Assembly: GCA_001687465.1 (NCBI GenBank)
Contig: LVLI01000005.1
Span: forward strand, 62,001-126,000
Reading direction: 5' to 3'
Length of the DNA: 64,000 nucleotides
Origin: Halocafeteria seosinensis
Lineage: Eukaryota
Shown: positions 49,801-61,800 of the stretch, in pieces
Layout of the letters: each line of letters starts with the position of its first letter
Position numbering within the stretch: the first letter of the stretch is position 1
Notes under the pieces: model-generated
What the model was told of the DNA's origin: nothing
The model's database searches: none
The model's input: the letters and a program-made list of their open reading frames with translations, nothing else
Program-made: the position numbers and the translations under genes

Positions 49801-52800
49801 TGGCACATTCCGGGCATCAAACTTCATAAGACCACTAGCGTGGACAGAAAATTGCTTATTGTCAACGAGAATTAGGTCACACCGATCCAAAACAGTCGTT
49901 AAGTCTTCTTCAGGTAGAAGCAGAGTCTTGGTGGTGACAGTGGAATCCACAGTGCTGTTGGAACGTAAGGAAGTAGTGTCTAGAATCAGAGGCCGAATTG
50001 GGTGGAGTTTGGAGCCCATGGATGGTGCCGTAAAAACAGCTTTGAATAGTATCTCGCTTGTTCCTGTTCTCAAGTTATTGCTAACATCAATCTTAACGGA
50101 GTGAACATTGTCGAGTGACAAAAGGGCATCCTGGATACCCATTTTTGTGGCGCCAACGGGTATTCCACTGGTCGTGGAAACTACCTGAAACTCGCAATCT
50201 GTACAATGACTTGTATCGAAAGACAGCCGAAAAGTCCCCTCCATAGGACTATCACTCCAGATGCGGACTTCCTGAACCACAGCGGCAGAAGCTTCGCCGA
50301 CTCGCTCATTCGGTTTTCCGCTTTCACTGTATCCTAACTTGAAATAGCCGGCACTGGACCATTGAGTATCATCTTCCAGTGACAACAACAAAGTTTGAAC
50401 AGCATACCGCCCAAAATGCGGAAAAAAACTCCTTCTGCTGAACCGTTCGATGAGAGTCTCAACCGTTCCCCCGTGTTTTGGGAAAGAATTTAGTACCCAG
50501 GTCAAATTGACGGATGAGGCAGTAGTTCGTTCGTAGGAGACACTGCTAGGGGGAAGGACTGCTCGCGGAACCAACAAAACCGCAGGTACTGGCAGCGCGT
50601 ACGGGCCGAAAAGAGCGGTAGGATTATACGCCGCAAGGCGGACATAATACTCCCGCCCAGGCATCAACGATTTCCCGGTCATTGGAATGTTATATATCAA
50701 GGGGAAAGTTGGCTCACAATTATCCACGACGACAAATCCACTTGTGCTTGACAACCCCTTCGTAGGGGAGCTAAAGTTCAAGAAGTCAGCATTATCATCC
50801 CATTCTATTTTAAATTTTGTAACTCGATCCCCTCCATCAAATGGTGGAGAACCCCATCTTATCTGTAAGAGATTGGGCCCTGCAAGTTGCACAACGGGTG
50901 GACTGTTTTGATCGTACAAATTGGTTGGCTTTGACGGATGGACTACTGGCGGTGCTAAGTAGCGAGGTTGAGACAATTCAGCAGGGCCAAACCCAGCTGC
51001 ATTGGCGGCGGTAACTCTGATGTAGTACCGCTCTCCTGGAGTTAGTCCACTTATGGTCGTTTGTACTTCATTCGTGTCCTCCGCTTCGATAAGAATACAG
51101 GCAAGTCTGTCAGAGCATAATCCTTCAATGATCTCGTCCTCATTTTGTCTACTGATTGTCCAGCCCCCATTGGTACTTAGAACACTTAATGAGATGTTTG
51201 GTCCTGAAAGAGCACTCGCAAAAATGATTTCGAGATCGAAACCGTTATCTACGACGTGAACGACACCAGAGTTGGGTAAGCCCGACAAGGCCAACTCTAT
51301 GTCAGCGGCAGTAGCGTTCTGTTCTAAGGCGGAGCTCGTATAGGCTCCTTGCATGGCACATCGTCCGCAAATTGATGTATCCAGGAGTAATGCAAATCGT
51401 TCGAGAGGTCCATCACTCCGCGTCAAAGTAAAAGTTGGCTCAGTGTCCTGTAGAAAAGGATTTGATAGGGAATTTTTCAATGCGGGAGCCCACTCGATAT
51501 AGTAATGAGTGACAGAGTCTCCTTCATCTGACAGTGGCGCATGAATTCTCGTTGCGATAGTTGTAGCTAGTTGAGCCTTGTCTCCCGTTCTTGTCAGGTG
51601 TATTGCCACGCGCTGAGGTGCTAAAGGTGCAGAGAACGCCTTTACAGAAATTGGCGTGGTGAACAAACCGTTCCCCGCTTGGTTAACTCCTCGCACACGG
51701 ACAAAATACACGACCCCCTGACGCAGGTTACTCAGCTTGAATTGCTTTACCATATCAGGCAGTTCATCCGAACTGACATTGCGTTGATGTGCCGGATGAC
51801 CATTTGAGGAATTGAAGTTGCTTGACGTGTCCCATTGAATTTCGTATCTCCGAATAGAGTCCCCTAACAACGACGCAGTGTTGTGCTCTCCGTCAACCCA
51901 ACTTACCCAAACAAAGGACGAGCCAAAAACTAGCCTCGATCCCACAGCAGATCCTTCGAATTCTGTCAATGTACCGGGTGTGGCAGCCGGTAGGATGCAC
52001 TGCGAGCACCCAGGGACATCAGCAATACAACCTGAGGTGGTGACATTGCACACGGGTCTGGCAATTGCAGCGGGGCCAGTTCCTCTTTCGTTCACCGCAA
52101 ATATACGAAAAACTAGGGGCTGTCCGGTATGACATATCGGAATTATAGCTTTAATAACTAGGGACGTTGCGTCCGGGCTAATCTCGCTACAGTTTCCGCT
52201 GAGTTCACAGCGTGAATTAGCTTCCGGGAAGAAGCCGAAGATTTCCCTCCATTCAACCACATAAGTTGTAGTATTGCCTCCATTTGAATCAGATGGTAGC
52301 CATTCTAGGGTCACTAGGCTTTTGTTTGATGCGACTCCAGCAACCGTCGGCGCTAAAGGCATTCCGGGGGTGGCCTTAGGTGCAACCGACAACGGATTTT
52401 TACTATCAGAACTCCTGAGCGTGCTGAAAGAGCCAACGCCTTTGCTGTTAACACCAGCACCTTTCAAAAAGTAGTGTGCACCTGGCGTTAGAGAGAAGTT
52501 ATCGTTCAGCGATGTAAACTTAACCGACGCTGAAGGTAGTCCATTGAAAGAGCTAGGGTTACAGTCTTCAACGGTAACACTTGCCGGGCCCACATTAGAA
52601 AATTCGGAGCCAATAAAATTAACATAAAATAGTGTGGATTCTGTCCCGATCGCATTGGTTTCCCGCGAGTTTGCAAAATTGGCATTTGCTCCCGCGCTCA
52701 CGTTGTAAAGTTCTTTTATTGCAGACGTGAAGTTTCCAATGGTTAAGTAACTACTCAGACACTGAGACTCTTGCATGCCGTGCCGCAATTTGAAGTGAAA

Positions 52801-55800
52801 CTCGTCGATTCCATCTATTTTTGTAATGTTTAGAAGAAAAACTGGAGATCCTAGTTGTATGCGGCAAGGATTACAGACCCGGAAATTACTAAATCCTTCA
52901 AGAGCAGTAGGCCACTCGTATTCGGATACGACTTTGCTTTGGAATGAAGGTGACGCTGATAGTTGGAACCGGTACGCGACAATAGGCTGACTCTCAACAG
53001 TAATATCAAATCCATTCTCATCTTTTTGCGGTCTCCAAAGTTCCACGTCGATTTGATTGGCAACATCTTTCCCACTGGGACTGGCATTGAACGACGGGGC
53101 AGGGACCCGCTGCTCAACAGGAGTTATTGCTGCGGGGCTTGAACTAACGAAGTCACTCCTTAGACTATTTTGCACGGCAGCAACGCGCAGGAAATGCGGT
53201 CGCTCAGATAGGAAAAACAATTGGTGTTTGCACACGAGACTCGGGTTACAAACAGAGGAGCTTACCACCTCAGCTCCCGAATCCGCACTTGCAAAGGTGA
53301 ACTTACGGTCTACGTCCCATTGCACAAGATAATAAACAGAGCTGCTGTTACCCAGCGGTTCAGAAAATTCTTCTCTCTTCCAAATCAAACCAACACTAGA
53401 GGAAGCCACGGGTACAGCAACGACATCTCCCGGCCCACTTGGTATAACTGGACTACCAAGCAAAAGAACGGAACTTGACTTCACGATACTAGGGTACTTG
53501 CGGTCAACGATCTGAGCCGTGGTAGGCACGGAGAAGCCAATGTTATTCAAAAACAACAGGCGAATTTCAATACCGGAAAGATTTTGCGCATCAATTGTGG
53601 TCGACTTAGTTCCGGAATCGCACTCCGTGCTTATAGCTTGTGTCGATTGTTCCCAATCCGAACTCCTTCTGGAAGCGTCTCTCCATTGGATCACCGTTTT
53701 GTACGAGAATTCGCCCGCAAAGCACGAAGGAGCGTTCCACCATATCGAGAATATTCCGGAATTCATGGGTGTGGCAAATACATCTGTTGGGGACTGAGGT
53801 ACTCCCCTTTCCGGAGACACTGCCTCCCTTGCCCGCAGGAATTCGCTTCTGCTCCGGCTTTGTGACTCTAACGCAACTCTAAGGAAATACGACTCCCCCT
53901 CAAGCAAGCCATCAACTATGGCGTTGCTTGGCAGCCCCCCTCCAATTATGACAGAAGACTGCAGTAGTAAATCTGTTCCTGACAGATTGGATTCGTTGGA
54001 TGGTTTCAAGGAGTCAACAAACGTATTCCCATCACCACTCAGGAGAAGCTGAGGAATGTTAGTGGTCTGCTCGATGAAACGCACGACCCACTTTATGCCA
54101 TATCGTCTTAAGGGAGGACTTGCGTGCTGACTTAGGTTAACTTTCTCCACCTCGACAACCCCGATGGAGATGATTGACTCCAGTTTCGACTTGACAATGT
54201 CTGCACTGTCGGAGAGGTATATAGAGGGAGATATAAAATTATTGTAAGACACCCAGAAGTGAGAATCAAAGCAAATGTCCTCTGCGGCGGAGGTGATTAC
54301 AATCTCTTGAACCGGAGTCGCTGTTGCAATCTTTTTCTCGCCAAGTGGCCTTACGAGGAGACCGAAGGAGCCACTATCAAAAGCGGGAGGCATACCTTCC
54401 TCCTTCACGACCACAGAAGACGATACTCTTCTACCTGACAAACGAGAAATATCAATGGATACTTCCGGCAGACTATCCCGGAAAGCAAAAAACGTAACAT
54501 CCCATACATACGCTGCTGCAGAATGAGAACTAGATACGCTTACTCTGCCAAACTGCTCCATTTTACTCAACAGCTGCTGGATTGTGGAAGAGGATGCATT
54601 TACCGGAAACCAATCCGATCGCTGTCTGTCAATTAATATTCTAACGCTGCCAGTTATTATGGACTTTGAAGTGAGCTGCAGCTGCAGACGAGGAGGAACT
54701 CCAATGTCATTATCGTACTGGATAACTGCAGATTTCGCCAAGCGTTCATAAAGGGTGCCCGCTGTATTCCAAGATACCGACACTGCCGAAGCGTTCACAC
54801 TAGCCGTATCGATTTTGACTGGAGAAGGAAGAAATTGCTGAGGTGAGATAATTCGAGGAAGCGCAATCGTCGATGCTCCCCACTTGTTGCCAACTCCGTT
54901 CCAAGAGGACACTCTGACGTGATAGTGCACATTTCCCTCTAGCATAGAAATGTTGCTTTCGATGTGCTTACCTTCGGCTTGCACTTCAAACTCGCGTAGA
55001 TGTCTTGTCGCAATAAAGTTATCAGAGGCTCTACTGAATTGAACTGTGGTGGCGGTTGGTGCCATACCGTCCTCGCTTTGCACTTCGTCAACCAAAAGCT
55101 GGAGACTGGGGCAAAATGATGTTCTGTCCAAGAAGACAATAGTAATTTGTAGCGTATCGTCTTCTCGATGAGTTAAGACTTTAGTTTTACCGACGTTTGG
55201 AAGTTGCAACAGGGCCATCGAAATGTTCCTACTGTTTTCGAAGATTCCAATTCCTCTGGTTTGCCACCCATCAGCACTTATCGAATAGCGTCCACTCTTT
55301 GCATTCACTACATTTAATTGTTGGATTTCAAATCCTTGGAAAGCCTGTACAGCACGGAACACACGAATCGATTCTCCCCCAGGAGCGTTCACAGACGCCA
55401 GCTCCAGAAGAGGTAGCTTTTTCGCCGGGACCGAGTTTGCAATAAACGTTATAGCATAGAAAGTTTCAAAGACGCCATCTTTCGTCCTTCTACGAATTTG
55501 TACGTCCACCATTCCAATCGATGAGAGTGCTTCAATTTGTTTTCGCAATGTCGTACAATCCACTTCAAAAGGCATCATATCCGTAGATGCATTCACATAT
55601 CGGAGACTTGCATTAAAATTGCTAATAGGCTTATACGAGCTTACGTGCAGCACCTGAACTTCGTATGGAAAGTGGGTAATGTCCCGGGACTTTTTCCCTG
55701 CCAACCACGCATCAAACCCAGCGACGTCATACTCGATCTTGTACTTGGACACAGCAACGCCCCCTGTTTCCTCAGACGAATCAAACCTGACTGATATGCT

Positions 55801-58800
55801 GTCCCAGCTGGTGGCACTGACTTCAATGTTACGGGGAGGAGGAGCCGTAGTCCTAGGTATTTCCGACTCAGGAACGGAAGAGCGCGCATCTCTCGAAAAC
55901 CCAAACGAATTAAAACTGAAAATCCGAAAATAGTACTGTACTCCCGTTTCTAAACCTGCAACATCATGTATACATGGCTGTTGACTGCAGTCGCCTTGCC
56001 GAACTTCGCGTTCATGGTGGCCCAAACACCGGCCATCTGCAGCGCTACTAAAATTAGAATTCGTGTCCCATTCAAGTCGATATTTCTTCACGTAATCCCC
56101 CCCGTCACTGGTGGGTCCAAACCAACTAACACGGAGCGAGTGCTGAGAATTTACCAGGAGACGGAGAAGTCGAGGAGCTGCGGGTTTTTGCTTAGGTGGC
56201 TCCAACGTCTCTGGATCCGAAGGCGTTGCAAAGCTTATCCCTAGTTCATTAAGCGCCGATACTAGAACTCTAACCTGTACACCAGGAGCAAGCTCTCGCA
56301 AAACAACGCTCTGAAGCGTTGACGACCCACGAGGTACGAGCTGTGACCTAGCTCCCGCCGGTGCTCGTCCTTGTTGTATCACGCTAATTACGACTCCAGA
56401 GTCATCAGAAAACGAAGACTCTGCGGAGAGCATCGTTGGTTGCTGGCCTAGTTTCCCGACAAACGTTATTTGGTACCTTGTATATCCTCCGTCTGAAGAA
56501 TTGCTCACCCTGACCTGCTGAATACTGCTTAAACTATTCAAAGCATTTTCAAGTATCTGTGGGGACACATGTCCTGGGAGCCACCTCGTTGTGTTTCCGA
56601 GGAATTGGAGTCTAAACACTCCTTCAACAGAAAGTGGGAACGAAACCTCCTGCACCTCCTCCTTGACAACTCCAGTGTAAGATTCAACGAGAAAACTGGA
56701 TATCGGGAATCCATTTGTCTGGGCGTCAGTCTTCCATATAACCTTCAAGGAGCTCGATGACTCAGATATAGAAACACCACTGGTAGCTTCTCTTTGCACG
56801 AGGAAGACATTGTTTTTCCCCAACGGACCTGGCTTTCCTCCAGGTTTAATCGTCAGTATTGGTGACCACAACGAGCGACCCGCTGCATTTACAGCAGCTG
56901 TACGAACAAAAATCGGTGCTCCGGGCGTTAAATTTCGCAGAGTATGAGCAAATGAATCCGGAACGTTGGTTAACACCATCAACAGTTCCGTCTCCATTTC
57001 TGCACTTGAAACGTTGTTGCTGAAGTCAGGAGAAGAGCCCCACTCTATGCGAAAACGCTCAACGTTCAATCCGTTTAACACAGTGGGCATGCGCCAATGT
57101 ACTTCAACAGAATCGGCCGCGAAATCTGATCTTCGCAGAAACGGAGAAATTACCCTTCCGGGGGCGCCTACTGGGGTTAAGGTTTGCCTATCAGACGGTG
57201 GACCTAGCCCCTTGTTGTTTTCGGCCAAAACGAGAATAGTATATTCAGTGCCTGGAGTCAAATCAGTAAGCAGAAACTGGTAGCGACCCGTAGCTGTATT
57301 AATTTTCGTGGCAGACACTACAGGACAATTGCTGTGTCGGGTGCACAGATCCTTAACATCCCCTCCGATATGGAGGTCCAACCCATCACATTGATCGTTC
57401 GCCGAGTCTGCTCGACAGACGACAGGGAGACCTGACCCTGAAAAGTGAGAGATACCAAGAGGAGGCAGTTCTGCAGTTCCGAAACTACCATTTCTTTCCC
57501 TAACTAAATCTTTGAATTCAACAAGATACTTGATGGTAGTTTCCCCATCTCCTGGAAGACAAGAGCTTTGCCTAGCTCCTGGGGACGCTACACATTCAAC
57601 AAGGACTCTCCCAACATTATCGAAAGCATTTTGCAATTCCGTTTCAACTTGGGCAGGGGTAGCTCCAATGCCCAGATTGTTCGTTTCTCTACCTTCCAAC
57701 TCGATCTTAAATACTGAACCTTCCTCGAAGGGGATGATTAATCCTTGAACTTCAGTAGCTGTGATATCTGTAAAATATTGAATTGTGTACGACACGATGT
57801 CCGACCCACCGTCGTTCTCTGGTGGCAGCCATGTAACACTCAAGGAATGAGGAGAAATAACGGCAGTCCTCACGTCTTCAGCAGTTTGCGGGATGACCCC
57901 AAATGGCTTCAAAGGGAAAGGAGAATCTTGTATATGCATCAGTTGGTTCGACAAGCTAACCGCAGGAATCTCTTGAAACGGTAACACGCTAGATTCCCAG
58001 AACAGTTTAATCATGGCAAATCCCGTGTTTGCGCGGTACTCAACGGTGATGTCATAGAGGGCACCTTTTGACAAAATCGACGTATTGCCGCTGAAAGCCG
58101 TGAACTCCTCTTCTGGAGAAGGAAGGTGGTCAAACTCATCGATGATCAACGAGTCTTGAACCCATATTCTCGCTCCATCCCTGACTTGAACGGTAATCGT
58201 GTGAATCCCGTCAACAAGCGGCTTGAGGAAACCTGTCCAGCGGATGGAGACGAAATCCTTGGCAGACTCCGTAATGAATGAGGGCCACTCGAAATCAATG
58301 CGGGGATCAGACCTGGAAAATGCAGGTGAGCCGTGCAACCATCTGTTGTTAAAGTAGTCGCCCATAAGACCCTTGCTCCCAACTTGAGCTACATTGAGCT
58401 GGTAAGTTCCTTGACGCGGAGTAAAATAACTAGCTTCATAGATACCTGCTGCGTCATGCTTCACTGTTCCTATAACTTTCTGAGGACCATCCAACCGCAG
58501 CACGAAGTTTTGTTCTGGGATCCCAAACGCCGACTCGATGCTCGCAAAAGGCGAAGACGGGCACAACTCCTCTACAGTGACCTGTAACCTGGTTCCTCCT
58601 AGAGTGAATGTTTCTAACGAGAATGGCTGGCGATCTCCTTCAGTCGATATTAAATCAAGCACAAAAGAGAAACCAACGGAATCTGGCGCCAATTGCAGAT
58701 CCTCCACCCTTAGGTAAATTAGATGACTTATTCCGTTTAACGCCTGGAGGATAGTGTCTTTTGTAGGGGGAAACAAAACGGTTTCGGTAAATTCTCCACG

Positions 58801-61800
58801 GTACCCGATTTTAAAACTACCGTTGATTGGTGTTGCCGAGTGCACTTGTAGTTGCTGCATCTTGAATCTTGAACATGAAGTTATCATCACCTCTTCTGAG
58901 TCGTCAACCTGCAGTGCAGCAACGTCGCCCTGTTCGGTATCGAAGAACACGAGAAACTCCACACCATGGCCTGCAACGACACGCTTTTCTACAGTGACTA
59001 GACCAACCGATTTTATTTGCTCCAATTCAAATTCTATTTCGGCGGGATTGCTTGCTGAACTCATAGTTCCGGTTGTCTCTGAGGCAGCACTCACCCGAAA
59101 ATCAGTTTGAAAACTCTCCGGAACGCTGATCACTTGTAACTCTCGTCGTGGTTCCTCGTATATTCGGTTACTAAATCTGTCCCTCATTTCTATAAAGAAA
59201 CGAGAGGTTTGCTGAAACTCTGCGGTTACTAAAGAACTCGGGATGGCATTACTAAATGCTGTGCTATGGGGTCCACTCAATTCTGCTGGGGAGACGGTCA
59301 TCGAAAACGGAGTGTATCCAAGTACCAATATTTCACTTGAAACGGTTCCCAAACTCGCGTTGACTAGAGTGGCTCCAAAAACTGGAAGCTGTCCAATCGT
59401 AGAGGGAGAGATTATCGTTCCATTGATTTGGGAGAGGAAAGTTACTCTGGCCTCAACAATTGTGGAATTTTCCAATATGTCGGTACTAACACTAGCAGAG
59501 ACTGCTCCAATGCTTTCTAAGTTACTTACGCTCTCGAGGGAATCAGAGGTTATTCCAGACACCTGAATGGTCCTCCCGCGAAAGGATATTTGTACAGGAA
59601 CTGTGTCAACCTCTACGGAATCAGAGAACACAAATACAAGGCGGTTCGTCTGGGGTATCAGTTCCTTTCCAATATGTTGTCGCTTTAGGGGGGATACAGA
59701 GTACGTCAGGTTTGCGTTGTCAAAGTTGTCCACAAGGGATACTTGAGGCATTTTGGAGGTAGCCCTATTGAAGACTACCGTAAATGTCTTGCTCGTCAGC
59801 GTCGATTCTACTCTAATATCGACAGAATCAACGGAAGGGGATGATTGATAGATTCGACGAAGCACTTCCGGGGAAACACTGAACCCTAAGTTTCCAGATT
59901 CGATCCCGCCAATGATTACATTGAAACTTCCAGCCACCCTTTCACCTTCATTATGAGCAATTACAAGTTTATGCACTTCTCGCTCGGAAATGTACATTAT
60001 GGCTACGGAATACTCTCCCGAAAACGTTGGAAGCACGGTAGCTACGAAAGCTCCGTCGAGAGACTTCGACACAGTACCTTGCACTTTGACAGGTGAGGAC
60101 GCTGGGCTCAAATTGTTTCCGCGGACATCTAAGGTATCAGCAGGAATTGCCAGATATGCCTCCACGATGAAGCGAGATGGATCCCCACTAAGCAATAAGT
60201 TGTTTCCAAACTCGTCCTTGGTTTGGATTGTGAAACTGGAAGCTATACCTGCTTTCCCAACGAATAAGCCTGGTCCCATAGCGACCATTTTTTCTGCATT
60301 GATGGGACCAGGGATAACGTCAACAAGGAAAGGGGAATCTCCAATGTTTCTTGCCTCTTTCCCCGCCACAAGAACTTCCACAGTCGCCCTCCTATTAGAA
60401 CCAACAACATTAGAGATGTCCATAACCACAGGTGGGACTACACCATCTTCTTGGCCAAATTCAATTATGTAGACAACGCTCAACAAGCTTCCGCCAGGAC
60501 CGGTCTCCTCCGATATATCCACAGTAACGTTCAGCGCACGTGCTGGGTCAGCAAAGGAGGAAAGTTTCTCCTCAACCACAGGTAAACTGTCGGTAAAAAA
60601 GATACGCTGGAGCTCCGGAGCTTCTTCGGATAGTAATGGTACCCAATACCCTTGCAGCTCTGAATCGGCTGAGACTTTCAGTTTCTGTTTGGTTGCTATC
60701 GGTTGTGCTCTAATTGACACTTCGTATGTCCCCCTCACTTCGGGAAGGAAATTGACATGGTACTTGCCTAAATCATCACCAACGAGGAAAATGGGTACGT
60801 CTTCCGCGTCCTTCACACCGACACGAGAGTCCAGTGGAATTCTTGTTGCATTGTACACACCAGAGTGGGATACCGTAAAGACTTGTGGCCCGACAGCTAT
60901 TTGTGCGCCCCGTTTAAGGACTGACCTGAGATCCACGTCAACTGTGATGTAGCTGGCAAATTGGGTGACGGTAGCCCTGGCCAACTCTTCTGAGTTGTAA
61001 CCCAACGCAGTTACACCAGCTTCAAGAGCCAAAGGAGAACCAGTCACCTCCTCATTAACTCGACCCTCCCCAGCCCATCCTGCTATGCCTCTTACCGAAA
61101 CCAAAAATTTCTCACTTCCATCGTTAAAACGTAAATTGCCATCGCTGTCTCTGCTCAAAATTGTGACTAAAACTTGAGTGCCTGCAATAACAGGGTCTTG
61201 AGGTATTCCCTGGATTTCCGTCTGACTCGCGCTCAATGCACCCGGTACTACGGTCACTGTATGTGGACTGTTCATTAATTCCCTTGTAAAAAATAAGTTC
61301 GTTGAAGGGATCGGCTGCTTTTCTAGATCACCTAGGGACCAAAATAGGGAGACGAACGCGTTCCCTGTGGTCTCTACATACTCAACCCTAAGAGTATAAA
61401 ATCGACCCGGTTCAACGTTTATCTGTCCAACTACCTCCTCCTCCGTAGAATTGACATTGCTGAGGAGAACCGACCCGTTGAAGAATAGGGAGGCTTCGGA
61501 ATCCGCCTTCAGAAACAATGATACTGTGTCAGACGTTGGGATCAGGATTTCACCTTCCCAAATCACGCCGAAAAAGTCGGTAGGAAACTGGAAGGCAGTT
61601 AGTGGACCACCGGTGCCCCAGTCAAAGTCAATAGTGGCGTCGATGCGTGTCGAATCACAAGCCACCATTTCTTCAGGGCAATGCGACAAGTCCCCCGTTT
61701 CGGACGCAAGTAATGGTCCAGAGAAATCAGTAAATCGATAGTAGGTGGCTAAGAGACCACCCCTTGATCGCAGTGTTGCTCGAAGTTGATACTGCCCCGC

